Origin: Podarcis vaucheri | Lineage: Eukaryota | Assembly: GCA_965113315.1 (NCBI GenBank) | Contig: OZ220373.1 | DNA: 64,000 nt | Strand: one strand, 5' to 3' | In this document: piece after piece, positions 1 to 14,986 of the stretch | Numbering within the stretch: the stretch's first letter is position 1 | How the letters are laid out: each line of letters starts with the position of its first letter | Notes under the pieces: generated by a model | Told to the model about the DNA's origin: nothing | The model's input: the letters and a program-made list of their open reading frames with translations, nothing else | The model's database searches: none | Program-made: the position numbers and the translations under genes

Positions 1-107
1 AATCTGCACAATGCTCAAATTAGCAATGGGAGGTGGGAAGAAATGCTTTCTAAAACATTTATGTATTGGTGGAATAGTGCAATTTTTTTATACTCTTTTC
101 AAAATAG

Positions 108-273
108 TTTTGAACCAGCTTCCTCTTCCATCACCTTTACCTGCTACAACTACAAAAAGCTTGCTCTTTAATGGACGAATTGCAGAAGAGGTGAACTGCC
201 TTTTGGCCTGTAGAGATGAAAATCTGGTTTCACAGCTTGTGCACAGCCTCAACCAGGTTTCAACAGATCATAT
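108..273 (+). CDS. NIPBL: NIPBL exon 3 (N-terminal MAU2-binding region)
   Basis: aaatag|TT TTG AAC...CAT AT|gtacgt; LNQLPLPSPLPATTTKSLLFNGRIAEEVNCLLACRDENLVSQLVHSLNQVSTDH; 166 nt. Confidence 0.96.
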
Positions 274-2173
274 GTACGTATTAAAAGTCACTTCACAAAT
301 TAATGTCAAAAAGTTTCAGTATAAACTATAGTAGAGGCAGGTTATAGATATTACTGTGTTGTTCTGTCCTAATAGTATGCAAGCTTCTGTAATTATTGAA
401 CATGGCTGTATATTTTTCAGCAACAGATGGCCACTTACCTATTATTGTGCTGGATTGGATGCCGGCAATAAACTTCAGATTTGGTGCTGTAGAAACTAAT
501 TTCAAAGAAGGTGGTTTGAATGGATTTTAAACTAAGAATTATTTTAGAGAACAGGGCACTTAATCAGTGGCCTTGTACTGACAAGATTAAACATCTCACC
601 AGGGTCTACACCCAATTATAATTTATTTGGAGAGATGCGGGAGAGGGCTGGATAAAAATGTACGTATTAGTTCTGAACAATTCTTAAGATTTCATAGAGA
701 AAAATTTCTACTTAGGAAAGAGTTCTGGTCTGGGGAAAAGTGGCCCTAACATGAACTCCTAATAAATGTGTGGCTTATTGACCTGATGAAAATAGAGTGC
801 AGACAATATATTAAATGTTTAAGCAAAGTAATCTTATAGAACAGTAGTGTAGGTGAGCTTAAGTATCCCGTCCGTTGACCTGCTTTTGGCATGTGAAAGC
901 TGTATTTAATTTAGAGATGTATAATCCATATTTTTTTAAAGCTTGCTCTGAAGAGGAGGTCGTAACCAGCTGGCACAGTGTGTTCCCATGACACTGAGCT
1001 GGGCCTAATCATAATAACTTGATCAAAAGTCCTGTAGGCATTTTTCATAGCTTCTCAAATAAAATAGATCAGATCTGGTGCTTAGTTCTAAAGACAGCCA
1101 AGATGGTTGCTCTGACGCCAATTATTGACAGGCAAAATTGAGACAGGTGAAGTGTCTTTCTAATCAGAAACACAGTTGCCAGTATCGAGCCCAAAAGAAC
1201 AATATAAAGTTTAAAATTTAGCTTCAGAATAAATTGGACAGAGGAATTGGTCAAACAAAACAAGATAATAGATAGCAACACAAAATTGGTTGTGTAGAGA
1301 AATTTGAGTAGATTCCATCCATAATTTACAGGATAGCTTACACAAAGATTGAGAAGTGACTCTTCATGCAGTATTATTCATTGATACATCACATTAACCA
1401 CGATGAGCAAAGGATTATTTATTTTTGACAATTTACATACTGCTTAATTACAATTGTCTCTCAGTGGTGTACAAGTAACTCAATACAATGATTTCCAGAA
1501 CTCAGTAATTCTGGTTGTAACTGTCCAGAGTGCTGCCCATGTACTCTGACATAGAAACATGAGTTGCAACAGGTTCCCATTGGAAAGAAAAAAGGATATG
1601 TGTTAATGATCTTGTACAAATTGTCGGTTTAGTAACTTCCTGTATTTTTGAAAAAAATCTCATCAGTCCCTGTTTGTTTATCTCCAATGCCAGAGAACTG
1701 AAAGATAACCTTGGCAGCGATGATCCAGAAGGAGATATACCAGTCTTGCTGCAGGCTGTCCTGGCAAGGAATCCTAATGTTTTCAGGGAGAAAAGCATGC
1801 AAAACAGATACGGGGTACAAAGTGGTGAGAGTTTTTATTCATTTTATTATTTCTAAGCAAGATAATATGCAGCTGTGTTACTTTTCATTGTGATACTCTA
1901 AACTGATTGTGGATACAGTTCAGATTCTTATAGTTGGTTTTCTGTTATTATATGAAAATGTGCTGTGATTCAGATGAATTAGACACAAGAGCATTCACTT
2001 TCAAACAAGTGCATCTGTTCCTAGGGGAGTTACTTTTTTATGTTCTTCTGCAGTGCCTAGCATACCACTGGATCTAAGTAAATTTTAAGTAGTACAGCCA
2101 CTTGCGGTTTATCCCGAGCCAAGTGTTTCAAGGTAGCAACCCAGTCAGATGGTCAGGGTGCTGCTGCTGCTGC

Positions 2174-2217
<44 letters not shown>

Positions 2218-2595
2218 TGATTATTATTAGCATAATATCCGACAAACTTTTGCTTTGGCCATTGCTCCATTTCCTCTGGAAGTACTGAGGAAATGAAAAG
2301 ATGTAGCAAATTGGCAGCTATAAACTTGCCCATACATTAGTAAGTTCAAATTATGGTGTGGATTCGAAACTATGCACATTATGATTTTGTGTGTATTGTC
2401 TGAATTGAACTATTCTTTTCTGACCTGTAGAATAAAGGGGTGGTATAGTATATTACTTTTTCTTCTATATCTTCAGCAGTAATCCAGTATTTCATATGTG
2501 CTACATTAAGATAAGCACCTGTAACTGCTCTGAAAAATTGCAGAAAGCTGTAGGGCTATGTATGCCACTGAGAATGGATTTTGAGATGCTGGCCA

Positions 2596-2666
<71 letters not shown>

Positions 2667-5600
2667 TGTTGCTCAGATACCGTTGTCATATGCACAAATG
2701 TGTTTGATGCTTGTAATACTTTATCTAGATAATAGCTATAGTTGAAAATATTTTGTAATAGTTATGACAACTGGAAAACAAAGCATTGGATTAAATATAC
2801 AAGTAAGTAGATACTTTGATGTGACTTCTAAAACCTTTTTGTTTTGTTTTAAGGAATGATGATGCCGCAGTACAAACTGTCTCAGAATTCCATGCATGGT
2901 AGTCCTGCATCTTCCAATTATCAGCAAACCACTATCTCTCATAGCCCTTCCAGGTAAATGAAGTTTGTAACATAGGATTACAATTTTTTAAGCCTGTATA
3001 TAAAACCTATTTAATATTTTGAGTAAGGACTACTGTTTTTCTAAATATTGAAGTGAGGCACTTTGAACCCCAGACAAAACGCATAACTCGATGAACCATA
3101 AAAAGATGGCATACAGTATGATGCAAGGCTGTAGGGGTAGGATTTAGTAGAGTGTGCATCCAGAATTCAGATTTTCGACACTGACTCCCCAACCTCTCAG
3201 AACAGTCTCAGTTCCACCTGAAGTAATCCTCCCCCCCCAGCAACCGTCCTTATTGGCAGTTCTCATGTCAACCTTTCCCTTAACAATTGATGCAATATGG
3301 GGGTTTAAGCAGCAGTTCACAAGATTATTGCAGGGATGTACATAAAGAGAAATTCTGATAGAATCTACGAAATTGCAATTGATTCTCTGTTAAGAAATGT
3401 CTGCGAAATAGTAATTTGGACAGCAAAAATTAAAATGAACTTATGAAATACACAAGGACTGTTCTCCAAATATTTGGCAATAAAAGGAATTATTTGATAT
3501 TTAATGCAAGGTGTGTTGACTTACTAAGGTCTTGGTTTTATGCAAACAATGCACTTAAAATGCCAGGAAAACTTTTTAGTGCCTTCAATTGTAATTTGAG
3601 AAGTTATTAGGAAACACATAGTATAGTCAGTTAGAAAAGGTTGCTAGGATATACATGGACAAGGAAAGTAGTTAAGCACAGTTTATGACATGGGTTTTGA
3701 GATTTTCTGTAAGCAGCTTTTACCCAACAGCGGTGCTCACGATTTTATAGTGCTTGCACTTCTTTTTCCAATTTTCATTTGCTTGTGCAAAGAAAAGGAG
3801 GAAATTTCTTAATCTTTATAAATTCATTAGTCAGACTTGTTTTTCTAAAATTTTATACAGGGTTCATTACAGATCTTAATGAACAATATATAATGATCTT
3901 TAAACAAATCAATTTTAGATTCTCACAGTCTGATCCCCTTGCTCTATCTAAATTATTGGAGGCATATTTGACAAACCAGTCTGCCAGTAGAAGCTCCACA
4001 AAGACTTTCACTAGTGCAACAGGACTCCTCCCCTCCTCCATTGACTCTTGGGGTGTGGGGTGGAAGAGCTCTCCAGACCATGTCAGGGGAGGAGACCGTG
4101 GACCATTCCTCCCTGGGATAATGCTGGTCTTTCCTTAAGAATTTCCTCCTCTGGGAGATCTATATGGCCCTTCCATGAGTTGAAGAAGCTTTCTGCTCAT
4201 GGAAGAGCACCTGTGGATACAATCCATTAATTACTAGGAATTGTATTATCTGTTTATTGTATTGTATAGCATCTGTGAAATTATTTAAGGAAAATCATGA
4301 TTGATGTTCATATATGCCTTGTTTGGATTTTATTTGCAGTCGATTTGTGCCACCACAAACAAGCTCTGGTAATAGATTTATGGCACCACAAAACAGCCCT
4401 GTGCCTAGTCCATATGCTCCTCAAAGCCCTGCAGGATATTTGCCATATTCACACCCACCAAGTTACACGCCTCACCCGCAGATACAGCAAGGTATTTATT
4501 TTCTCTGTGTCTTTGGAATATATATATGTACAGAGTTGGTTTTTGTTGCTGTATCACATTCTGATACACTATTCAATCTAAGTACTTCTCCTTATATCAG
4601 AAATTCATACCTTACAACTGGTGAGCATATGGATAATGAAGAAAATATTCAAATGTGCTGCTGGTGACTGATTCTGCTTCTAAGAATTAATCTTGAGCAT
4701 TAAAACTCTTTTTAGGTTGTACTCTAAAACAAAATACCAACACAGACAATAAGATGGAATAATTGCTCCTATTTTTATTTCATAGAATGTATTACGCGTA
4801 CACAAATTATTCTCTTTAAAATAGAGAGTTATAGTTAGTTAATTTTTCTCTAAATCTTTATTTCCACCTATGTGATAACACAACTTGCAGTTACAGTGGT
4901 ACCTCGAGTTACATACACTTCAAGTTACATACGCTTCAGGTTACAGACTCCGCTAACCCAGAAATAGTACCTCGGGTTAAGAACTTTGCTTCAGGATGAG
5001 AGCAGAAATCGTACTTCGGCGGCATGGCAGCAGCAGGAGGCCCCATTAGCTAAAGTGGTGCTTCAGGTTAAGAACAGTTTCAGATTAAGAACAGAGCTCC
5101 GGAACGAATTAAGTACTTAACCTGAGGTACCACTGTATAAACTGCAGTAAGTGGAAAACTTTAATCTTCAGAATAATTAATTTTATAACTATGAGCCAAA
5201 GCTTAAAGCTTGAAGACACAAATTAGTTATGTCAGACCTTTATTTTAACAGTGTTACTATTAACAGAATTGTAAGTAAAACAACAGCAATTTTAATTACA
5301 ATTCTGTAACTTTATATTATTATATTAATTATATTATTATATAATTATTATTATACCCTGTGTTTCTGGGGGGCTTCTGACACATATAAAAACATAGTAA
5401 AACAAAAGCTGGTGCAACGAAAGTATAGGCTGCAAACAGGTGATTTTTTAAAAAAAAATATTCAAAACAATTCCAATACAAATTTGTACTTTATATGCTG
5501 TTCCTGATCATATGTTGCACACAAACATTAAAGTGTACATGTCAGCAATGGATGCAAGATTTTAAATGTGCATGGAATGTTGTCATGCACTTCAGTTATA

Positions 5601-6622
5601 TGGTGAAATAACAAAGAACAGAGTTCCAGTTTGGGTGAAGATAGAATATGTGTTTGCTACAAAAATAGGAAAGTGGCTTAAACAGTTATATGTGTATGAG
5701 AGGGTAAGGGATGGAAGTGGGGAAAAGCTCATATTTTCCATTTAATGAGTGGGGAGCAGTGCTTGTGATCCAGAATGCTACAGTGGAGGCCTAAGTGCAG
5801 TGGAGAAACTCAAAATAGAGTTGCTTTGGGTCAAAGAAGGGTAGAATGAATGGCAAGGTCAGGGAAACTGAGAAGACAGCAAAAGGGAAAGGTAGAAATG
5901 CTAATGATTACCTCTCCAAAGCAGGGAAATAGCGTAGGAATGGACTTCCTGGGATTCACTGTGACTCAAGAGTTAAGGGTTGGGGTTCTTTTTCAAAGTT
6001 TTTGAAGCAGTGAAATACTATATATTGTATTGTCATACACTCTTGAGTTTCTTGACATCAAGAGGATGCCAAGGATGACTGCAAGGCAGAACACCTTAGT
6101 AACCATTAAGCAGATGGAATTGACATACAGAAAAAAGCCACAACTCTCCCATGTGTCACAGGTGCATTGGAGTCAAAGTCTGTGTAGAGCTTAGGCAAAA
6201 TTTAGTTTAGGAACCATGTTCATCTAGTCAATCTTAGAATTTGTGGAGTACTAGTTCTCAAAATCTGATCTCTGAAATATGTTTTTAGTTAAAGAAAACA
6301 TAGAAACCACACTGATTAAATATAAATATAAAATCTGTTATTGAAAAATTATGCTAGAAAATATTTAAACGTATGCATTCACTCTTATCTTCTCTTATTT
6401 CAGCTTCAGTATCCAGTCCCATTGGGATGAGGAATATACATGAAAATAAAGTTACAAGTCAGTTGTCAGGCAATTCAGCTAATCACCATGCTGATAATTC
6501 TAGACATGGCTCAAGTGAAGACTACCTGCAAATGGTGCACAGAATAAGCAGTGAAGTATGTAACAAATCATTTTAATGTTTTATAAACCTTAAGGCACTG
6601 TTCTCTGAAAATAAATAAATAA

Positions 6623-6654
<32 letters not shown>

Positions 6655-8431
6655 CATCTATTGTGAGTGAGTGTGTGTGTGTGTGTGTTAGGTACCTATG
6701 CTGTATATTAATTTTTGAAAGATGGAAAATTTTGTGCATATAGTTAAAACTTTAGCACAACTTCAGACTTTGTCTCCACTCTGATTTTATAAATTAGTTC
6801 ACTGAAAATGATAGAGAGCAGTAGAAACATTGCCTTTGGGTGCTTTTGTTTAATACTGTACTTGAATGACAAATATTTTATGGTAAAGCATTCCTGTATT
6901 ACTTTTGGTCAAGTAACCTACAAAATGAGATTAGTATTGCTGATCGATGGTTTTTAAAGGAATACTTAAGCTTGTGTGATAACTTGTTGAATTCTTAGTT
7001 CCTCACACTTCCTGGTATGTTTCACATATTTTGAAAGCTTTTTTGGGTGCAGGGAGGGCATGATGCAATGTGAAACTGTTTTCAGGGTCTCAGGGAAATA
7101 GCTCCACATTGCATTTACTTTGAGAATGCATCACTGTAGCCCTAAACTGTTGATGGTGAGCCAGAGCTATTTCATTCCCCTGGATGTGAGAGAAATAGAG
7201 TATCCCTCCTCGTCCTCTTGTAGTACTAGTTTTCCTCCCCTACTTCCTCCAAGCTCTTAAAAAAAGCTGGAGAAAGAGATGGAGGAGTGTTTTCTTCTCA
7301 ATTGAGATTAAGTTTTCTAAGAAATGTTTTTCTCTTTAGCCTATGATTTGAACCACAAAATTTAGTAATGCTTTGTTCATAATTCTTAACTTTAATAGCT
7401 CGATTGTACTACTATATGATGAATGCTTTTATTTTCATATACAGTGGTACCTTGGGTTACAAACACCTGGGGTTACAAACACTTCAGGTTACAGACTCCG
7501 CTAACCCGGAAGTAATACCGAGTTAAGAACTTTACCTCAGGATGAGAACAGAAATCGCATGCCAGTGGCGTGGCAGCAGTGGAAGGCCCCATTAGCTAAA
7601 GTGGTACCTCAGGTTAAGAACGGTTTCAGGTTAAGAACAGACCTCTGGAACAAATTAAGTTCATAACCAGAGGTACCACTGTTAAATGAAGTCCTTGCTG
7701 TTGCTAATATGTGGCATGATAGAGAAATTGCACTGGTAATTATTCTTGTGGCAACTTCATAAAAAGCAAAAACTGGAAGTCATTGAAAAAATTGCTCCTT
7801 TCTAATAATCCACTAATATGATCCCTAGGAGGGTGATTCTTCAGTAAGGAACACTGCATCGTTTTCCTTGAGATCACCACAGTCCGTATGTTCTCCTGCT
7901 GGAAGTGATGGAACCCCTAAAGGTAACTGTATGGCTCTTTGATACTGTTGTAGATAAGAAACCTAGATCTGTGCCAAAAGTTCAGGATAAAGAAAGTTCA
8001 GGACAGAAAACTTGTGGATTCCTAACAAGAACATGACTATGTTAGATGAAAGGATAACTCAACAATAACTTTTGATACACTTTGAAAATTGACAGTCTTT
8101 CAACACATTGCCCACATGGAGGGCTAAAGTGTGTTTCAAGAGAGAGGCTGTTTCACTGTATCATAGTTTGTAGTTTATTTCTAAGAAAATATAAATAATA
8201 TGGCACATTTATTCTGGAAATTCCTGATTACCTTCTACATAAAAAAACCTCCAGGTTTCAGATTCATAACTGTTTATACCTTTCATAACACACATACTGC
8301 TTAGAGTTTTGGCCTATCAAGCAGAATGCAGCTTGCAAAGCCATCTGTTTTCCCTCCTTCCCTCCCTCTTTTCTTTTTATTTTACAGTGATGGGAAGGGC
8401 TTGGAGGGCCACCTGGTCAGATGCCTATAAC

Positions 8432-8463
<32 letters not shown>

Positions 8464-11400
8464 TTATACCCCGCCCATCTGGCTGGGCTTCCCCAGCCAC
8501 TCTGGGCGGCTTCCAAAAGAAATATTAAAATACTATGATACATCAAACATTAAAAGCTTCCCGAAACAGGGCTGCCTTCAGATGTCTTCTAAAAGCCTGG
8601 TAGTTGTTGTTCTCTTTGACATCTGGTGGGAGGGTGTTCCACAGGGAAGGCGCCACTACCGAGAAGGCCCTCTGCCTGGTTCCCTGTAACCTGACTTCTC
8701 ACTGTGAGGGAACCGCCAGAAGGCCCTCGGTGCTGGACCTCAGTGTCTGGGTAGAACGATGGGGGTGGAGACGCTCCTTCAGGTATACTGGACCGAGGCC
8801 GTTTAGGGCTTTAAAGGTCAGCACCAACACTTTGAATTGTGCTCGGAAACGTACTGGGAGCCAATGTAGGTCTTTCAAGACCGGTGTTATGTGGTCTCTG
8901 CGGCCGCTCCCAGTCACCAGTCTAGCTGCCGCGTTCTGGATTAGTTGTAAATGAATCCTTTAAATGAAGCCTTTTCCAATATGCCTTTTACTACAGCTCC
9001 CATCAGCTCTAATCATCATGGTCAGTGGTTGGAGTTGATGGGAGTTTTAGTCTATAACATCTGCAGGGCACCAGGTTGGGCAAGTCTGGCTTTAGTGGGT
9101 CACAGGTTTTGCAGGCCTGCCTCACAGAGTTGGACACTGAAAAAATAAATATCAGGATTCTTTACCTTACTTCCTGCCCTCAAAAATTGTTAGTCAAGCT
9201 TGGTCAACACTAATTCCTGATGAAACTGAAAATCCAAAAAGTTGAAAAAACAATTCCAATTAGAAGTTTCAAAAAACTAAGAACATGTACCTTTTGTCAG
9301 TACATGTTCATTATGTACTTTCTTCTTCATGATACCATTAATTTTTTAGTCACATTGTTGGGAAAGAAACATGTTTAGACCACTTGTTGGCTTAATAGTT
9401 TAGCTGAGCTCAGATATATAGTTAGCTGCTGTACAACCTGAAGAATTTATAATATTTGGTTACATCTTTTGTTGAATGCAACTCCTCTTTCTTTCCTTTA
9501 CATCATAAAGATATGTCTTCTATGTACATTAATGTGTTTGAATGTGTGGCAGACTGCTTTCTAATATTTTCTGAAGCTACAGAACTCCAGTACTGCCTGT
9601 TTTAAATAAAACCTTTATCTCTATTGTTGATGTATAGTGCTATAATCCCCCCCCATAGTATTGCTGCCCTTCTACCAGTGTTAATTAATTTTTGTGATGA
9701 TAGATAAAGCTCCTTTTATCCTTGGCAGCTAAATGTATCACGAAATAAAAAGGTCACCCGTCCAATCTAGGCAAGGAGAAGGGTGTTCCATAACATGAGA
9801 ATCCAACACCAAGAGCATGTTTTGTTCTTCATCCTATTTATTTTCAACCTGTTTAGTGACAAGATGTACACTCTTAATGTACCTGCTCCTTCAGAGGGAA
9901 TTAAGAGTGCTAGTAAGGGGCAGATTGAGCTGACCGTAGATATTATTACTGGACAAAGAAGGCAGGCTTTAGATAATACCAGTCAGATTTAGATAGTATC
10001 TAAAAAGAAATTATTCTGTGTTTATAATGTTTATGTTTTTATTTATAATCTGCACTTTCATAAAATATAGCAGGGTAGATTACAACACACAAAATATGAT
10101 GAAATCGATCTTAAAAACAGACATAAAGCATAATTTAAAATATCAACAGATACTGGTTGATTAAAAAGAAAAAATCAGCCTGCCTAAACAGTACTGTTTT
10201 CAGAATACTTCTGAAGGCAGGCGGGAATGGTTCTCCTTGAACTGCTACAGGTGTGCAGTTTTACAGGACAGGGCCTCCCACACTAAAGGCTTTGACTCCT
10301 AGTGAAGGCCAAATCTGTTGAGGCCCTCCGTACCTCCGTACCCTGTGGAATGATGAGATGCAAAGGGCCGTTGACACAATTTTTACCAAGTTAACTCAAA
10401 GCGACTTACCATATATAAACAAATGCATACATTAAAACTGGAATAAAAAAAACCCCAAAAATATGAAAGTCAGTTTTTCAAAAGCTGGGGAAAAAAATCC
10501 CACCCATTCAAGAAAGCCATAGATAATTAAAAGCCAAATGCCTTTTTATTTTTTTTTGGCTGGCGCCTAAAGATATGTGATGATAGCACCAACTGAGTTT
10601 CTCTGGGGAGAGCCTTCCACAAGTGAGGAACTACTACTGAGACGGCCCATTCTCATGATTCCACTCTCTGGACCTCCCATGGATCAGGGTGGATGGGTGG
10701 GTACCTGAAGAAGGGCCTCAGATTATGATTACAGGTTCCATGTCAGTACATATGGGGAAAGATGGTCCTTAGTCACATAAAGCTTTATAGGCCAAAACCA
10801 GCACTTCAAATTGGGCCTGGAAACTAATTGGGAGCAAGTAAAGTTGGGTCAGGATTGGTTTTATGGGCTCAGATTGTTGTGCACTTGTGAGCAAATTGGT
10901 TGCTAAATTGTGCACCAGTTGCAGTTTCCAAACTGCATTCAAAGGCAGCCCCACAAATAATGCATGGTAGTAATCTAATGTATAGGTCACCAGAGCATAT
11001 ATAACAGTAGTTGGACTAAAGGTAAAAGGTAAAGGACCCCTGGACGGTGAAGTCCAGTCAAAGGTGTCTATGGGGTGCAGCGCTCATTTCTTTTCAGCCA
11101 AGGTAGCCGGCATTTGTCTACTTGCACTGGTGTGCTTTCGAACTGCTATGTTGGCAGAAGCAGGGACAGAGCAATTGGATCTCACCCCATTGTACGGATT
11201 TGAACCACCGACCAACCGATCGGCAAGCCCAAGAAGCTCAGTGATTCAGACCACAGTGCTACCCGCTGTTGGACTATCCATGTCCAGATAGGGGAGTAAC
11301 TGGACCTCCTGTTGAAACTGATGGAAGCAGCATGACCAAGACCACTTGAGCCTCAAGTGACAGTAATGGATCCAGAAGTACCACCAAGCTATGTACCTGC

Positions 11401-13820
11401 TCCTTCAGAGGGAATGTAACCTTATCCAGAACAGGTTACCTCCCATTCACCAGTCTAGGGAGCCATTCACTAATGGTGCCTCAGTCTTCTCCGGATTGAG
11501 CTTCAGTTTATTGGCTCTCATCCAGTCTAGTAATGAGGCAAGACATTGGTCCAACATATCCACTGCTGCAGCTGAAGATATAAAGAAGATGAGCTGTGCA
11601 TCAATAGCATATTGCTGATAATGTACTCAAGACTTGAGATGACCCCACTCAGTGATTTCCTGCAGATGTCGAACAACATGGGGGATTAATCTGAATTCTG
11701 TGGAACCCCATATTGAAGACTCCATGGGACCGGATGACACTCCCCAAGCACCATCTTCTGGAAACAATGATCCAAGTCGTATTGGAACTACTACACAGTG
11801 ATGCCACCTACCCCCCCCCCCGACTCAGACAGCCATTCCAGAAAGATAACGTGGTCAGTGGTATTGAAAGCTGAGAGTGGGCACACACACTCCTTTCTTC
11901 CAACAGAAGTCAAAATACAGGATGACCAAAACAGTTTCCATCAGGATCCCTAAGTCTCAAAGGGCAGACTATCTTAATCGCTCCCCCACCCTTGCAGTGG
12001 GGATACTGCTAGCTTCACTAGGAAGTCTAATCTTCACTAGGAAGTGGTCTGACCATGACAACAGAGTCACAGAGACACCCACTCTACACCACCCCTCTCC
12101 CCACTTGGAGCAAAGACAAAGTAAAGGGTATCCGAGACAGCTGTCATGGAGGCCATGAAATTGTGAGCTGCTCCAGCTGCAGGCTTGACATGGTTGCTGA
12201 AATCACCCAGAATTATTTTCTGGGATTCCTACAACACCACGCTCAAGACTTGCTCAGTCATTGCAGCTTGGTGGGTGGTACAACAACAACATGCCTAATG
12301 TGTCCCTAAGTCCCAGAGTCAGATGCAGACCGTCTGGTCCAGCCCTGGGGTATAGAGATTTCCTGATGAAGGAGAATGAACTTTGGTGAACCACAGTAAT
12401 CCCATCTCTCTAGCCTGGGTTGGTGAGGCACTGAGTACACAGTGGGACAGAACTGGGAAAGATATAGCTCACCCTTCTTTCCTGCTCACACCTTATTGCG
12501 AAAAGGATTTTGTGGAGTTGGAAAATATTCAGAAAAGGGCAACCAAAATGATCAAGGGAATAGAGCAAATCCTCTATAAGGAAAGGTTGCAAGTTTTGGG
12601 ACTTCATAGTTTGCAGAAAACGCGACTAAGTGGTTACATGATAGAAGTTTATAAAATTAGGCATGGCATGGAGAAATTGGATAGAGGAAAGTTTTTCTCC
12701 CTCTCTCATAACACTAGAACTTGTAGACATACAAAGAAGCTGAATGGTGGAAGATTCAGGAAACGTAAAAAGAGTACTTCTTTACATATTGCACCATTAA
12801 ACTAAGGAATTAACTCCTACAGGAGGCAGTGATGGGTATCATCTTGGGTGGCTTTAAAAGAGGATTTGACAATTTCAGGAGAGGGAGTCAGTAGAGCTTT
12901 CAATGGCTACTAGCTATGATGGCTAGTGCCATCAGTAATGGTTATGAATACTAGTTTTTGGAAACCACAGGAGGGAATGGTGCTCTTGTGCTTGGGTCCT
13001 GCTTGTTGGTTTCCCACAGGCATCTGATTGGCCACTGAGAACAGAATGCTGGACTAGATAGGTCATTTAACTGATCCAGCAGGCTCTTCTTATATTCTTT
13101 TTTCTTGGTAATGCACACCCTGGTCAGCACCTTTATCAACAATTAGATCATGTGTGAGCATGGTCTTATTATTCATTAACCTAGAATTTAGCAACAGCAC
13201 CACTTAGCTATTGAGCACAGTGGATGAGCACCCAACCGTGTCATGGGGTTGTGGAGAGGCAGATACAAGCACCAGATGCAAGTTGTCTCCATTATCTGCA
13301 CCCTTTGTGATGCCTACCATTCCCTTCGATTCCCATTATTAAATGGTGCATGTTTATTCCATGCTTTTAAAAAGTATGTTCTTTGCCTTAGTTTGTTTAA
13401 CTGATACTTCCTGAGAAGTGGTTGAAAAATGGAATAGTTGTGATTTGATACCAAGTTCCAGCATTAAATGTCCTGCTATTTGACATCCAAGAATAGGTGG
13501 ACACTAGATGAAGAAACAAAGCCTAAATAATCACAAGCTAATCAAATGGTTAGCATTTGTCCTAACATATTTGCAGATCTTGCATGATAGGAGCCATATA
13601 TGTTGATCATATTTTACAGTTGGCATTAGAAGAAGCTTAATGGGAATGGATAACCACTACTTTGCTTGTAGGTGGCAGACAATCTTTTTTCTGCCACCAA
13701 AGGCTTGAATATTAGTTTAAATTTATATCACCCTTTTGTTGCACTGTATTAGACCAAAGACATGCCTTTAATACCATTATTTTTAAAAATGGCAGGCTTG
13801 TTCTTACCCCTAAAACATTA

Positions 13821-13872
<52 letters not shown>

Positions 13873-14931
13873 TCATTCATCCACGCCTGGTTGGCTCTTT
13901 CAACAATATAGTGGTACCTTGTGTTACGTACCGTCCCCCTTACAAATGCTGCAGGTTATGTACTCTGCTAACCTGGAAGTAAGTGCCCCTTGTTGTGACC
14001 TTTGCCCCGGGCTGTGAGTGGAAGTTGCGCTCCGGCGGCACGACAGCAGTGGGAGGCGCCATTAGAGAAAGCCCGCCTCATGTTACAAGCGGTTTCCTGT
14101 TACGAATGGACCTCCGGAACGGATTAAGTACGTAACACGAGGTACCACTGTACTTCTGTTCTGTTTTAATAATTCGTTACTGGTAAGTAATTTCTATTTC
14201 AGAAATTAGATCTATTCCTGATCATTCTTGAAAAGTAAAAGTGTTGATGCCAACAAACCAATTTTTTGACTTTAAGAATGTTTCCGTTTGTCCTGATCCA
14301 GGGAAAATTCTGAAACAGACTTCTGTATGTTTATGTTATGCAGAGGCTCATCCAGGCTCACTCAAACTGGCTGAATGAATTTTTATACACACACTAGGAT
14401 GTGGATGTTCACTGAGGCACCACTTGCTATGCGTGACTAATTTTCTGTGGGTAGAGCTGGAACCAGGGCCTTTCGCTCTTGTGTTTCCTTTTTAAGGAAA
14501 GTTTGAATTGGTTAACCAGTGTATGAAGACTGATAGCAAACTTTAAATGCTTATTGATTTTGTTTCAACCCTAGAGTGGCATTAAGTTTATAATACGCTA
14601 CCTTGTAAATTAGATCTTTACAGTGTCTGTTATGCTGCATGTATGTTGCAGAGATGATCCGTTCTCTAGCTCCATATTATCGTCAAGTGTATTTAAACTG
14701 GTATGCCTTGAATTGGAGGCAAGGTTGACTAGATTGATAATCTCCATAAGGTTTGTATTCTTCAAATCTGCTGATCTTCTAGAATTTCTAGACTGGTGGA
14801 AACCATTCTGCCTTGGAAAAAGTTGTTAGGCACGGAATAAGAAAATCAACGCTTTGAAGTAGAAGATGGACCTTTTCAATGAACTTATATTTTTACGTGG
14901 ATACTTTTGAACTGGTCTTTGGCCGTAATAA

Positions 14932-14986
<55 letters not shown>

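Larger units (their letters stand above)
10370..13330 (-). mobile_element. Old L2-clade LINE remnant (endonuclease and RT), interrupted by a Sauria SINE and a CR1; boundaries approximate
   Basis: Minus-strand motifs LDYYHALFVGLP...KLQLVHN, YQQYAIDAQL (YADD region, about 11600), QYGVPQ (about 11705), LSAFNTTDH (about 11860), LSQFCPTVYSVPHQPR (about 12440) and LTHDLIVDKGAD..CIT (about 13130). Confidence 0.7.

Noticed and set aside
2145-2732. Poly-Ile, (CV)n and (ER)n ORFs here and at 8309, 13823 and 23497
   Set aside because: Artefacts of microsatellites.
9878-9902. 25-bp exact match (ATGTACCTGCTCCTTCAGAGGGAAT) to 11391-11415
   Set aside because: Best explained as another fragment of the same L2 family rather than a functional duplicated element.
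14610-14811. Apparent minus-strand terminal exon of a nested gene (CTAAC branch-like motif, TTTTTCCAAG acceptor, then QNGFHQSRNSRR...TDTVKI*)
   Set aside because: No upstream partner exons found and no recognisable protein. The + strand is better explained as a decayed non-LTR retrotransposon 3' end with AATAAA and an (ATT)n tail.
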